The notes: generated from the sequence alone by a model not told the origin. A stretch of DNA of 64,000 nt from Spirochaetia bacterium (GCA_034520965.1 JAXHMY010000001.1:1050233-1114232), one strand, 5' to 3'. Counted from the first letter of the stretch, positions 18,158-29,006 are shown. Numbers and translations: made by a program.

Positions 18158-18217
18158 TACAAGATAAAAAAAGCACTCTCATGAAGGAACGACAGAGGCC
18201 CGGCGGGCTTGTCGATG

Positions 18218-19294
18218 TCATAAAGGTTTTTTATTAAATAGCTCGTTAAAACGTTCGGAGTTCTCTGCAAAGGCCGAGAGCACATCGGGGTCGAAGTGCT
18301 GCGGTAATGTTCTTCCGTCTCCCCGGGTAATTATATCTACAACCTGCCGGTGGTCCAGGGCAGGTTTATAAGGCCGGGCGGATCTGAGCGCATCGTACTG
18401 GTCAACTATATTTACTATCCGTCCTTCAACCGGGATTTCCTCGCCCCGCAAACCTGCGGGATATCCACCCCCGTCCCAGCGCTCATGGTGGGAGGCTGTG
18501 ATTTTTGCAGCGGTAATCAGGTAAGGGCCGGTCGAATCTTGCAACATCATCTCCCCGATTGTAGTATGACCTTTCATAACCTCCCACTCATCCAAAGACA
18601 GGCCCGACTGCTTAAGAAGAATAGAGTCGGGAACTCCTATTTTTCCAATATCGTGCATAGGGGCGGCGTAGAATATTTGTTCCACAAAAGTCTTATCGAA
18701 GCCCATTTTTGTGGCCAGCTCTTTTGCGTAGCAGCCAATTCTCATAATGTGAGCGCCCGTGCCCTCATCCCTGTATTCGGCCACCAGGGTTAGCCGATGG
18801 ATGGTTTCCCGGTAGCTCTGCCCTAAATCCGTATTCGCCTTCTCCAGCTCCAGGGTCCGCTCCCTCACTTGTTCCGCTAAATCGGTGTTGTAGTGTTCCA
18901 GTAAATCGTAGTAGTCCTTGACCCTGAGGTTATTGCGTATGCGAAGGAGCAATTCCCGATTCTCTATCGGTTTTGACAGAAAGTCGTCTGCCCCAGCTTC
19001 TATGCCCTCAAACATGTTCTCTTTCGACTTGAGTTCCCCGGTAAGCATGATTATCGGGATATGCTTTACCGGCTCCCTCGAGCGAATCGCCCTAATCGCT
19101 TCAAAACCGTTTAGCTTCGGCATGCTCGCATCCATAAGGATAAGGTCGGGTTTGTGCTTCTCCGCAGCCTCCACCCCCTCCTGTCCGTCTGCAGCGCCCA
19201 GGGAAGCGTAGTCATTATCGGCGCAGAGGGCTTGAAGAAAAGTGCGCACTCCCTCATTGTCATCTACAATTAGTATTGTGTGTGTGTCGTTCAT
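18218..19294 (-). CDS. Response regulator with HD-GYP c-di-GMP phosphodiesterase domain (RpfG-like)
   Basis: Receiver (IVDD, DLILMD, FLSKP); MHDIGK, HHERWDGGGYP, YDALRSARPYK. Confidence 0.95.
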   Translation of the reverse strand: MNDTHTILIVDDNEGVRTFLQALCADNDYASLGAADGQEGVEAAEKHKPDLILMDASMPKLNGFEAIRAIRSREPVKHIPIIMLTGELKSKENMFEGIEAGADDFLSKPIENRELLLRIRNNLRVKDYYDLLEHYNTDLAEQVRERTLELEKANTDLGQSYRETIHRLTLVAEYRDEGTGAHIMRIGCYAKELATKMGFDKTFVEQIFYAAPMHDIGKIGVPDSILLKQSGLSLDEWEVMKGHTTIGEMMLQDSTGPYLITAAKITASHHERWDGGGYPAGLRGEEIPVEGRIVNIVDQYDALRSARPYKPALDHRQVVDIITRGDGRTLPQHFDPDVLSAFAENSERFNELFNKKPL

Positions 19295-19313
19295 CCATAA
19301 ACCTTCCAATTAG

Positions 19314-21734
19314 CTAAGAGTCCAAGAATTTTCTCAGTTCATAGACAAGCTCATCCGGCTCTATGGGTTTTTCAAAACGCTTCCAGCCTTCCAAAAGCCC
19401 CTCCCACTTATCCATGTTCCCTTCACTATAACCGGTCATAAAAACTATTTTCATTTCCGGTGAAACCGCTTGTATTCTAGCGGCCAGCTCAAGACCGCTT
19501 TCTCCGGGCATCACAATATCGGTAATGAGCAGATCGATCTCACTGGACCGCCGTTGGAACAGTTCCCATCCAGTCTCCGCATCTTCAGCCTCCAGCACCG
19601 AGTAGCCCCACTCCCGCAGGGTGAGTCCCAAGGAACTTCGCACCATATCTTCATCTTCGACCAGCAGAATAACTTCCTCTCCTGTAAGTTTTTCAGGAGC
19701 CTCTTCCATTTCAACAGCACTTATCTCCCCTTCGACCGCAGGAAAGTACAAGGAAAACTCGGACCCCTTTCCCACTTCACTATCGCAGAATATATAACCC
19801 TTCAGCTGCTTTACCGTCCCATACACGGTTGCAAGCCCCAAGCCCGTACCTTTACCGCTTTTCTTGGTTGTGTAAAAGGGTTCAAATAAATGGGCTACCG
19901 TGTCGGCAGTCATTCCCTCTCCATTGTCGGTAACCCTTAGCACGACGTACTTTCCGGGATAAATGATTCTGCTGTGCTCCTTGGTAGTTTTAAAGAATTC
20001 CGCCTCCTCCACCCTATACACCAAATTACCTCCTGAAGGCATGGCATCACGGGCGTTGGTCGCAAGATTCATAATTATCTGATGCAGCTGGTTCATATCG
20101 GCATGGATAAGAGGCACCTTCGGGTCGGATATAATGTCCAGGTTGATATCCGCGGCAATGAGTCGGTCCAGCATTTTTTTTGAATCCTCGAGTACGGAAT
20201 TAATATCTACATTTTCAAACACAAGTTCCTGCTTCCTGCTAAAGGCAAGCAGTTGGTGGGTAAGATCAGCCGCACGTTTGACCGCTTTTTCAATCTCCAT
20301 AAGATGTCCATACTCGACAGCTTCGGGATCGGTCTTTTTTCGTATTATCTGGGCAAAACCCTTTATTACCATAAGCATATTGTTAAAATCATGGGCAATA
20401 CCTCCGGCAAGCCTGCCCACTGCATCAAGTTTTTGAGATAGAAACAACTGCGTCTCAAGTTCCTTCTTTTCGGTTACATCTCGAATAAGGCCGATAAATC
20501 CGGTTATTTCGCCATACTCGTTCTTAATATAATACACCCTTGCTTCTCCGGGAAAAACCTGGCCGTTCTTCTTCCGGTAGTTAACGGAATAGAGAAAGTT
20601 TTTCTTTTCGTCGTTGTTTTTTTTAATAGCCTCTCCCATCTCTGCAAACTGTTCTTTATTCTCGTAGACATACTCGGTGGGCTTACCTCGAATTTCCTCA
20701 AGGGTATACCCAAAAATCGAAGTAAAGGCGGCATTACAATCGGTAATTATTCTGTCGGTATTTGCTACCAGGATTGCGTCGCGGATAGAATCGAAGAGGT
20801 CCCTGTACCGGCTCTCACTTTTTCTTAGAGCCTTCTCTGCTTTTTTGCGGTCACCGGTATTCCTTACTACCGAAAGCACCACTTTTCTTCCTTCGAAACG
20901 AATAACCTGTGCATGTACTTCCACGGGAATAGCTCTTCCGCTTCGGCCTATATGTACGGTTTCAAAGAGAGCATCCCCTGTCTTTTGAAGGTCCGCAACC
21001 CGGGCAGAAAAAAGACTTTTGAATTGGGGACTATCAATCTCGGATATATTCTTTTTAAGAAACTCTTCCCTGGGGTATTCAAGGCGGGTACATGCTGCCT
21101 CATTCACCTCCAGTATCTGCCCCTCCAAGCTGTGTATAAAAACTGCATCGGCAATGTGGTTAAAAAGAGTTTCGAACTTCTCCTTCTCGCTTACCAGCTG
21201 TTTTTCCCGCCGACGCTCTTCGCTTAAATCGTAAAGAGTTATGCAGAGGTGAAGCAGACCCTCAAAGACCAAGGGAATAATCGATACACTCGCCGGTACC
21301 TCCTTCTCTTCCTTGCCTACAATTTGTACTTCTTGACATTTTTTCTTACTGCCGCCGGAAACTTCTATTAAACCGGTGGTAACCAGGACCTTCGAATTCG
21401 CAGCAAAATAGCTTGTGAGTTTCGAACCGATTATCTCGTCCTTTCCGTACCCAAGAAGCTTGCAAAAACTTTCGTTACAATAGGCTATCACCCCGCTTTT
21501 ATCGGTCACCAGGGCTCCATCAACCATCTCGTCGATAAAGGCCTGAGCAATATGGGTCATTTCCGAGGGAGAATCGATATGTGCATTCTGGGCAGTTCCC
21601 GGGACAACCGCACCAAGCTCCTTTCCCATACCCGCGGCTTGCAGGGCAGCCTCTGCCTGCCGTACCCGCAGTCGCAGTCTTTCGTTTTCTTTAAGGAGCT
21701 CCTCTCTATCCAACCCACCCCCCTTTTCTCTCAT
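19314..21734 (-). CDS. Cytoplasmic PAS-PAS-PAS hybrid histidine kinase
   Basis: Three PAS domains, LAGGIAHDFNN H-box, NARDAM, DNGEGM, GTGLGL, C-terminal receiver. Confidence 0.95.
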   Translation of the reverse strand: MREKGGGLDREELLKENERLRLRVRQAEAALQAAGMGKELGAVVPGTAQNAHIDSPSEMTHIAQAFIDEMVDGALVTDKSGVIAYCNESFCKLLGYGKDEIIGSKLTSYFAANSKVLVTTGLIEVSGGSKKKCQEVQIVGKEEKEVPASVSIIPLVFEGLLHLCITLYDLSEERRREKQLVSEKEKFETLFNHIADAVFIHSLEGQILEVNEAACTRLEYPREEFLKKNISEIDSPQFKSLFSARVADLQKTGDALFETVHIGRSGRAIPVEVHAQVIRFEGRKVVLSVVRNTGDRKKAEKALRKSESRYRDLFDSIRDAILVANTDRIITDCNAAFTSIFGYTLEEIRGKPTEYVYENKEQFAEMGEAIKKNNDEKKNFLYSVNYRKKNGQVFPGEARVYYIKNEYGEITGFIGLIRDVTEKKELETQLFLSQKLDAVGRLAGGIAHDFNNMLMVIKGFAQIIRKKTDPEAVEYGHLMEIEKAVKRAADLTHQLLAFSRKQELVFENVDINSVLEDSKKMLDRLIAADINLDIISDPKVPLIHADMNQLHQIIMNLATNARDAMPSGGNLVYRVEEAEFFKTTKEHSRIIYPGKYVVLRVTDNGEGMTADTVAHLFEPFYTTKKSGKGTGLGLATVYGTVKQLKGYIFCDSEVGKGSEFSLYFPAVEGEISAVEMEEAPEKLTGEEVILLVEDEDMVRSSLGLTLREWGYSVLEAEDAETGWELFQRRSSEIDLLITDIVMPGESGLELAARIQAVSPEMKIVFMTGYSEGNMDKWEGLLEGWKRFEKPIEPDELVYELRKFLDS

Positions 21735-21820
21735 TATCCAACTAATAGTCCAACTTTTCAAGTTAATATTTTGTATCAACATTTCATTCTAGTATGATAT
21801 ACTTCAAAGAGGGGTTAGAT

Positions 21821-22168
21821 ATGGGAAAAAAGATACTGGTTATCGACGACGAAGAATCTATTATATATATCATGAAAGAGCTTTTCGGAGACCTGGGCCA
21901 CAGGGTAACGGGAAAAACTGATCCCAAAGAGGGAAAGCAGGAAGCACTAGAGGGGGAGTACGACCTTATTATCGTGGACCTGCGAATGCCGGGGATGGAC
22001 GGGGCCGAAGTAACCGAGGCGATTATGGAGAAAAAGCCGGAAGCAAGAATCCTCATCAATACCGGCTTTCCCGGCGATCCCCTGGCACGAAGAGCTCTGG
22101 ATGCGGGGGCTCTTTCCCTTATAAGAAAACCCTTTGAGATAGAGAAAGTCTACGACTTCCTGAAATAA
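21821..22168 (+). CDS. Single-domain response regulator
   Basis: ILVIDDE, DLIIVDLRMPGMDG, IRKPF; GAGGGG RBS. Confidence 0.92.
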   Translation: MGKKILVIDDEESIIYIMKELFGDLGHRVTGKTDPKEGKQEALEGEYDLIIVDLRMPGMDGAEVTEAIMEKKPEARILINTGFPGDPLARRALDAGALSLIRKPFEIEKVYDFLK

Positions 22169-22182
22169 GGACAGTTAATTGT

Positions 22183-23717
22183 ATGGGAAAAGAAAAACCG
22201 GAGGACTTAAATAATCTTCTGCACGAAGTAGATTCATTCCTGGAAGAGGTCGATGAGGAGCAGCCTTCTCTCGAAGGCGGGGAAACGACTATCGGGAACC
22301 TCGCCGGGCGGGAGAAACTCATTCGGGAGTTGTTTCAAGAAACCGAACCCAGTTTAAACGGAGCCGTCGAGCTGCATGTATCCGAGGATGAGATGCAAGT
22401 GAGCCTCGACTGCTATCCTCCCCAAGGGCAGGGCGAGCTGATAAGCCCCAAGGTGGTGGAAAGCCAGCTGGTGGATAAAGAAATAAGCTACGGTATCGAT
22501 TGGGATACCATCCAAAAGACCCTTTTCACCTGTAATACCGAACGAAGACAGATAAGCGGGGTTATCATAGCCCGGGGTAAGACAGCATCGCCTGAAATTC
22601 CCGAGCATCTGCTGCTCAGGAAAGACCTTATCAAACCCACGGAGGAAAAACCACCAAAGGAAGAGCCGCAAGATAAGCGCGCGCAGATAGATTATCGCAA
22701 ACGCAGCCCCTTCACCATTGTGGAAAAGGAAGAAGTACTTGCAAAACTCAAACGGAAAAAGAGGGGAGCTTCGGGTACACCGTAAAGGGAACGGCGAGTC
22801 CCTATCGCTCGACAAAAACAAACCTGCTTACCCCAGGAGAGAACACCAAATGGAGAGGGGACACTGTGATAGCCGGCTGTTACGGCAGGTTTATTCATGA
22901 GGAGGGCAGCTTCGGGGTAAAAGAGGTGCTGGAGATTTCCAACAATGTCGACTACCACACCGGTAATATCGATTTTCCCGGGGACGTAATTATCTATGGC
23001 GAGGTGAAGGACAGATTTACCGTGCAATCGGGGGGTTCCATATTCTGCAGTTCTACTCTTGATGCCCACGATGTAAGCTGCAAGGGTGATCTTGTGGTTA
23101 CTGGAGGGATTATTGGAAGAAAAGATGGAGTAGTAAAGGTAGGCGGCAAAATTAGAACCAATTTTATTGAAAATTGTTATGTTGAGGCGGAAGGACCTAT
23201 TTTTGTAAAAACCAGTGTGATGAATTCGATAGTCAATACCAAGGGAAAGCTTACTATGGGTAAGCGGGGTACCATAATCGGTGGAAAGATTTTCGCACAA
23301 AACGGAGTAGAGTCTGCCCAGATAGGTACCCATAACCAGACCCGGACAGAAATAAACTGCGGAGTAGACTTTTCAATTCAACAGAAGCTGTTTTGGATAA
23401 AGGACAATCAAATCAAGCTGCTTCAGAAAAAACGCAAAGTAGAGACGATGCTCTCAATGCATACCGATGACCTCGAAAAACTCACGCAGTTAAAAGATGA
23501 GATTTCGGGGAAGATTCGTAAGTTGAGTGAAGTATCCATAATTTTATTAGAACGCCTCGACAAAAACGACGCCGCTTATGTAGCAGTTAGCGACACCGTC
23601 CATTCCGGGGTGTATCTCGAAATATGCCACACCTCCTTCGTGGTAAAAAATCCGATGACAAAAGTTCGGTTTACCCTCAATAAGAAAATGGGCAAAATAG
23701 ACTTTAAGGCGCTATAA
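22183..23717 (+). CDS. fapA: FapA/DUF342 family protein, frameshifted near 22785-22865
   Basis: VSEDEM..PP.G, ISYGID, IIARG, IDYR in the first ORF; NVDYHTGNIDFPGDV..G.V, GGIIG and IIGGKI in the second. Confidence 0.85.
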
Positions 23718-23742
23718 ATCCGGTTTTTAAAAAAATGCACTC

Positions 23743-24654
23743 TTACAGAGAGCCGCCGGATTCGTCAGCGGTGAGGGCCGAGAAAGCCTTCCAGACGACA
23801 CGCGCGGTCAGTGTCTTGGGCAGCAGCCTAACCAGGTTAACCATGGCGCGGTTGCGCAGCCCCGGTACTATCACCGGGCGGCCGGCAAACAGGCCCCGCA
23901 GCCCAATCTCCGCCACCCGGCGGGCCGTCATCGAATTGCTCACCGAAAATTTCATGTAGCGACGGTTTTCAATGCCCGCATTCTCATCGAAGCCGGTGTT
24001 CACATAGCCCGGCTCCAAAACCGAGACCTTGGGAGCCTTGGCCGGCTTGCCCGGCCGCTCAGTTTCGTCCGGCCGCTCGGCTTTCGCGGCTTTCGCGGCT
24101 TTGGCGGCTTTGGCGGCTTTCGCGGCGCCCAGGAGCTCCTGGCGCAGGGCCAAAGTAAACTCGCGGACAAAGCTCTTGCTCGCCCCGTAGGCGGCGTAGC
24201 GGGGCATGGGCAGGCGGCCGGCCACCGAGCCGATATTCAGAATATAGTCGGCGGTTCCGGCAAAGCTGCGGCTCAGCAGCATCAGCGCTTCGATGTTCAG
24301 GCGCAGCATCTGCTGCAGCTGGTCCGGGTCCTGCTGCTGCAGGGGGCCGTACAGGCCGCGGCCGGCGTTGTTAATAAGCATCTTGACCGGAAGCTTCCGC
24401 CGCCGGCACTCCTCGACCACCCGCTCCGGCTCGCCGGGAACCGACAGGTCGCTGCTGAGGGTCTGCACTTCGATCGAGGGATACTCCTTGCCCAGGGAGG
24501 CGGCGGCGGTCTGCAGTTTCTGCAGGCTGCGGCCAACCAGCAGCAGGTTCCAGCCGCGGAGGGCCAGCAGGTGGGCAAACTCGAAGCCGATGCCCGAGCC
24601 TCCCCCGGTTACCAGGGCATAACCGTCGTATTTATAGCCTGTTTTGCTTTTCAT
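23743..24654 (-). CDS. SDR family oxidoreductase (DltE-like) with an AAK-repeat insertion
   Basis: ALVTGGGSGIG, LINNAG, YGASK. Confidence 0.93.
   Translation of the reverse strand: MKSKTGYKYDGYALVTGGGSGIGFEFAHLLALRGWNLLLVGRSLQKLQTAAASLGKEYPSIEVQTLSSDLSVPGEPERVVEECRRRKLPVKMLINNAGRGLYGPLQQQDPDQLQQMLRLNIEALMLLSRSFAGTADYILNIGSVAGRLPMPRYAAYGASKSFVREFTLALRQELLGAAKAAKAAKAAKAAKAERPDETERPGKPAKAPKVSVLEPGYVNTGFDENAGIENRRYMKFSVSNSMTARRVAEIGLRGLFAGRPVIVPGLRNRAMVNLVRLLPKTLTARVVWKAFSALTADESGGSL
24078..24126. repeat. 9-bp tandem repeat x5 (CGGCTTTc/gG) encoding (AAK)n
   Basis: Directly visible in the sequence. Confidence 0.9.
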
Positions 24655-24661
24655 GCTTTAA

Positions 24662-24690
24662 AGTATAGTGGATTCCCGGGGAATAGTAAA
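24662..24690 (-). promoter_or_regulatory. SDR promoter, leaderless configuration
   Basis: TTTACT-17 bp-TATACT, 7 nt before the ATG. Confidence 0.6.
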
Positions 24691-24758
24691 ATTTGGAGAG
24701 AAAGGCGGGGGGAAATGCGGGCTTTGCGTAAACGCCGCTAAACTCCTATCATGGAGGT

Positions 24759-26110
24759 ATGCAGAGTAAAAAAGGGGCATCTAAAATTGTAGTGGCGGGG
24801 CTGCTGCTGTGCGGGCTTGTGTTGCAGACGGCCGCCGCCGGCGAGCTGCTGCTGGGGGCTCCGGCGAGCGGGGCGGTGCTTCCGGGGCCGGCTTCCTCGG
24901 AGCACAACCCGGCCTTTGCCTTTTTACCACCAATCTCCGACATACCCCTGGGCGTCGGCTGCCGCTAGGCCCGGCGGGGCTGCTGCTGCCCCGGCGCAAC
25001 CCCCTGCTGTACTGGAGCGATCCGGAGACCTTTAGGCGAAAGTTCGACTTTTTAAGCTTCTACGACCAGCTGTACTCGCCGCTGGAGTTTCTGGTACGCC
25101 CCTCCCGCAGCCCGGAGGAGGTGCGCTTTGTAATTGACGGCGAGCAGCTGCGGCTGGAGACCGAGGGGGGAGAGAGCCTGCGCTATGGCTCGACCCCGGG
25201 AACCGCCGGCATTGCCCTGCCGCGGTCGGCCCTAATCCCCCCGCCCCTGCTCTCCTACTCCCTGCACCGGGGGCGCTGGTACAGCCGGACGGGGCTGTTT
25301 CTGGCCTCCTCGGGCTACCGGATTGCCCCGGATGAAAGCCTGCGGGCGGTGCTGCAGGGCGAGCCCCTGGAGCCGGACAGCCGGTACGAGGCGGAGGCCC
25401 AGGTAGCCCTGGGCAGCGGCCTCTCCAGCTCGCTCAGCTACTCTTTTGAGCTGCCCACGGCGTTGCCCCGCTACAGCTTTTATGTGGTGCCGCGGCTAAC
25501 CGGCTACTACCGCCTGGCCTACGCCGAGCTGGACTACCGGCTGTCGACCTTAACCGGCCAGAACGCCCTGCCGGGCAGCTTTAGGTCCGAGGCCTCGGCC
25601 TTTTACCTGTACCCCGGCGAGGGCTGGGGCGGCGGCGGCCGGCTGGACCTGGGCACGGCGGTGACCGCCCCGCCGTGGCGATTCGGGCTGAGCCTGCTGA
25701 ACCTCTACGGTCTGGACCTGCTGGAGGGCCGCCGCCTGGATGTTCAAAACCTGGAGCCCGAGGCCGGCGCAGCGGCGCAGCGCCTGGTGAATGCCGGCAG
25801 CGACCCGCTGCTGTTTGCCTCGGCGGCGCTTGAGGGTCGCGCGGGCCGGCTGAAAGTGGTGGCGGGGGTAAACGGGGGCGTGCACCGGGAGTTTCTGCTG
25901 GCCAACGCCCTGCTGCGGCTGCGCTGGGGCCGCTGGGTGGGCGAGCTAAAGGGCGGCCGTCAGGGAGTGTGGACCCTCGGCGGTTCGCTGGGGCGGATCT
26001 TCGGCTTTGGGACGGCGGCGGTAAGCATGCACCTGCACAGCTCGCCCCTGACCGAGCAGGCCTCCTGGGGCATCGGACTGCGCTTCGGCAGCCGAGGGGG
26101 CCGGCCATGA
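24759..26110 (+). CDS. Putative outer-membrane beta-barrel protein, frameshifted near 24960
   Basis: GGAGG RBS, signal peptide and ASSEHNPA motif in the 69-aa ORF; the continuation has alternating amphipathic strands ending WGIGLRF. Confidence 0.6.
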
Positions 26111-26802
26111 GGTCCAGCAGCACCACCACCATTTTTCGTACAAGCCTGCCTCTAGGAAGATTGGTGCTGCCGGCCGTCCTGGCCGCCGGGCTGGTCATGA
26201 GCGTGGTGTTGATAACTGCCGGCTGCAGCGCCCGCACCCGCTACACGCTTGAGTACTACGGGCTGGCCCACATCCCCCCGGAGTACGCCGCACAGCGCTT
26301 TGACTTGACGACGAATACGGACAAGTACTTGTATTTATTGCCCCATGCTGATTTAGTGGAGTCTGCCGAGCCGGTAGATATAACCCTGCGGCGGGGCATT
26401 GAGCTGGAGTACCCGGTGCCGCCGGTGCCCGAGGGGGGCAACCTGCAGCTGTCGCTGGAGGTGGGGATGGCCATCCGCAACCGCAGCGCCACCGGCGTGC
26501 TGCCCTCGGTGGAGTGCGGCCTGTATATAGACGAGCCGGAGAGCGAGGACATCTACGCCGGGAACAGTCCGGTGTTTACCTTCAGCAGCGGCACTATAGG
26601 GCCTGGAGAGGGCGGCCGGATAGAGGGGCGCAAGTATGTGGAGGAAGGCAGCGCGGCCTGGGCTCTGCTGACCAGCGGAGCCCTGAGGGCCGGGGTGGAG
26701 GTTGTGTTTACCGCCGACTCCGACAATAATCTGAACCTGGAGTACGAGATAGACCGGCTGCGGCTGCGCATCAGTGTCTTGCCCTTTGGCTATATCCCTT
26801 GA
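26107..26802 (+). CDS. Hypothetical lipoprotein
   Basis: ATGA overlap with the upstream gene; signal ending LITAGC. Confidence 0.7.
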   Translation: MRSSSTTTIFRTSLPLGRLVLPAVLAAGLVMSVVLITAGCSARTRYTLEYYGLAHIPPEYAAQRFDLTTNTDKYLYLLPHADLVESAEPVDITLRRGIELEYPVPPVPEGGNLQLSLEVGMAIRNRSATGVLPSVECGLYIDEPESEDIYAGNSPVFTFSSGTIGPGEGGRIEGRKYVEEGSAAWALLTSGALRAGVEVVFTADSDNNLNLEYEIDRLRLRISVLPFGYIP

Positions 26803-26863
26803 GCTGGTGGCCATGGGGCTCAGCAAGAGCATCTTTTATAAAAAAAATACCTGGGAGTGTGGC

Positions 26864-28204
26864 TTGACGATTGGAATTGTGTTTGAGATTTTTTTGCCGG
26901 TGGTAAACGGGGTGGTGACCACCACCATAAATCTGGCGGAGAATCTGGCGGCGAGGGGGCATCGGGTGCTGTTTATTGCGCCGGCGTGGAAGGATTTTCA
27001 GGCGGCGGAGGTGAGCGGGATTGAGGTGCATTATGTGCCCAGCGCGGCGACCCATGTGTATCCGGGTATCCGGCTGGTGTCGCCGTGGAATCGGAAGGTG
27101 GACCGGGTGCTGCGGCAGGAGGGGGTGGAGCTGCTGCACGTGACCGGGCCGGGACTGCTGTCGTGGTCGGCGATGAAGGCGGCCCGGCGCCATGGGATTC
27201 CGGTGCTGCATACCTTCCATACCCTGATTTACGAGGACACCTACCTGTACTACGCCCTGCGCTCGCAGCATCTGCTGCCGCTGCTGAGGCGGGCGGTGTG
27301 GGTGTATTTGAAGTGGTTTTTCGACCTGAGCGACGCAATTACCGCCCCCAGCCTGCACGCCTGCCGCACCCTGCAGGAGCATTTTCCCCAGGCCCAAATT
27401 GAACACATTCACAACGGCATCGATTTTACGGACTTCCCAGACTTTGCGGAGACCGGCTCTAAGACAAACACTGCCTCTGTCGGCGGGGCGGACGGGGTTC
27501 ATGGAAGGGGCGGTTTTGATGCGCTGCGCCGGGACTACCCCGGGTTTAACCACAAAACTTTTCTGTTTGTGGGTCGGCTGGGGGAAGAGAAGTCGGTGAG
27601 TGTGCTGCTGGAGGCTTTCCGGCGCGCCTGGGCGCTGGACCCGGAGCTGAGGCTGTTTTTAGTGGGTGACGGGCCCGGCCGGCGGGTGTACGAGCAAATT
27701 ACGGCCGAGGCGGGAATGGAGGGGGCGGTGACCTTTGTGGGGCGGATTGACCACGGGCAGCTGCTGGCCAGCGGCTTGTATCAGCACGCCCGGGCAATGG
27801 TAACGGCCAGCACCACTGAAAACCAGCCGATTACGGTGATAGAGGCGATGGCCTGCGGCACCCCCATTATAATTCCGGAGGTAGACGGGATAATGGAGCT
27901 GCTGCAGGGCAACGGGCGCTGCTTTGCCCCTGGGGATGCCCGAGCGCTGGCCCGGCAGCTGCTGCAGATGGCCAATGACAACCTGTTGTACCGCACCTGC
28001 GTTGCCGCAGCCAAGCTGCGCCGGGAGAACTTTGAGGGCGGCCGGGTGGCCGAGCAGTTCGAGCGAGTGTACCGAAAACTCACCGGTACCGGGGAGGATG
28101 CCTGGCCTGAAGATGGAGAGCCTGCAGATAGCGCGGCTGCCAGTAACGGGCCTGCAGATGTTGACAAAGTGCCGGTCATGAAACAGGATATAGGTATTCG
28201 TTAG
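26864..28204 (+). CDS. GT4 glycosyltransferase (diacylglycerol glycosyltransferase-like)
   Basis: FLPVVNGV, RGHRV, HTFHT, ITAPS, HNGID, FVGRLGEEK, TENQPITVIEAMACG. Confidence 0.88.
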   Translation: MTIGIVFEIFLPVVNGVVTTTINLAENLAARGHRVLFIAPAWKDFQAAEVSGIEVHYVPSAATHVYPGIRLVSPWNRKVDRVLRQEGVELLHVTGPGLLSWSAMKAARRHGIPVLHTFHTLIYEDTYLYYALRSQHLLPLLRRAVWVYLKWFFDLSDAITAPSLHACRTLQEHFPQAQIEHIHNGIDFTDFPDFAETGSKTNTASVGGADGVHGRGGFDALRRDYPGFNHKTFLFVGRLGEEKSVSVLLEAFRRAWALDPELRLFLVGDGPGRRVYEQITAEAGMEGAVTFVGRIDHGQLLASGLYQHARAMVTASTTENQPITVIEAMACGTPIIIPEVDGIMELLQGNGRCFAPGDARALARQLLQMANDNLLYRTCVAAAKLRRENFEGGRVAEQFERVYRKLTGTGEDAWPEDGEPADSAAASNGPADVDKVPVMKQDIGIR

Positions 28205-28208
28205 CATC

Positions 28209-29006
28209 ATGCAAGGCAACACCTTTTTGAACAGATTATACAGAATATATAGATACACCGGAAAAATACTCATCCCTCCTGCCGCGCTGGGGCTTGTGCT
28301 GTTTTTCAGCCTGACCGCCTTTGCAGCAGCCAATCCTTCGGCAAACCCCTCGGCCGACTCCGGGGTGGAATGGAAGGGGCGGCATCTTGAGCCTCCGGAG
28401 CATTTTAAGCTGCGCAACAGCGTGGCTGCAGAGCAGCTGCAAGAGCTGGGCAGTACTCCACAGGAACACAGCAAAGACTTTATTCAGTGGGAGCACCAGG
28501 ACGGGCAGCGCGCCTGGTTTTACACCGACTACCATGCCGCCTACCCCCTGCCGGTGGAGAGCTTCATTCAGGTGCTGAAGGACGCGGAAAACGAGGACAA
28601 GGTGTTTCCGAACATGACCTACACCAGCGATATAAGCCCCGACCCGGACCCCGATGAACCTGCCTACCAGGAGGTGAAGATCAGCTTTAAAATATTCGGG
28701 ATTGGGGCGGACTACCACTACCTGGTATATCGAATTCCCACCTGGTACCCTGACGGCAGTTTTAGCGTGCATTGGGCCTTGGTGGATTCAGTGGATAATA
28801 AGTATGCCGACCTGTACGGCTCGTGGTACGTGAAGGAGTTTGAAAAAGAGGGCCAAAAGCACACCTATGTCCGCAACTATGTGGAGACTGAGATGATAGG
28901 CCCGCCCCCTTTGCTGAAAACTATTCGAAATCTGTTTGCCGAGCGAACCGTAAGAAAGTTTTTTGAGTCACTTTACGAGGCGGCGGAGGAACAACAGCGG
29001 TCTTAG
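28209..29006 (+). CDS. Exported START/SRPBCC-like protein
   Basis: Signal peptide; beta-rich core with YGSWY and a C-terminal helix (ERTVRKFFESLY) typical of START folds. Confidence 0.55.
   Translation: MQGNTFLNRLYRIYRYTGKILIPPAALGLVLFFSLTAFAAANPSANPSADSGVEWKGRHLEPPEHFKLRNSVAAEQLQELGSTPQEHSKDFIQWEHQDGQRAWFYTDYHAAYPLPVESFIQVLKDAENEDKVFPNMTYTSDISPDPDPDEPAYQEVKISFKIFGIGADYHYLVYRIPTWYPDGSFSVHWALVDSVDNKYADLYGSWYVKEFEKEGQKHTYVRNYVETEMIGPPPLLKTIRNLFAERTVRKFFESLYEAAEEQQRS

Noticed and set aside
17540..23740. att-like direct repeats bounding the signalling islet
   Set aside because: Only a 7-bp ATGCACT match was found, which is expected by chance, and there is no integrase or tRNA.
24809..24960. Arg/Gly-rich N-terminus of the 433-aa ORF
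   Set aside because: This is the wrong frame; the RBS and signal peptide belong to the 24759 frame, joined by a frameshift.
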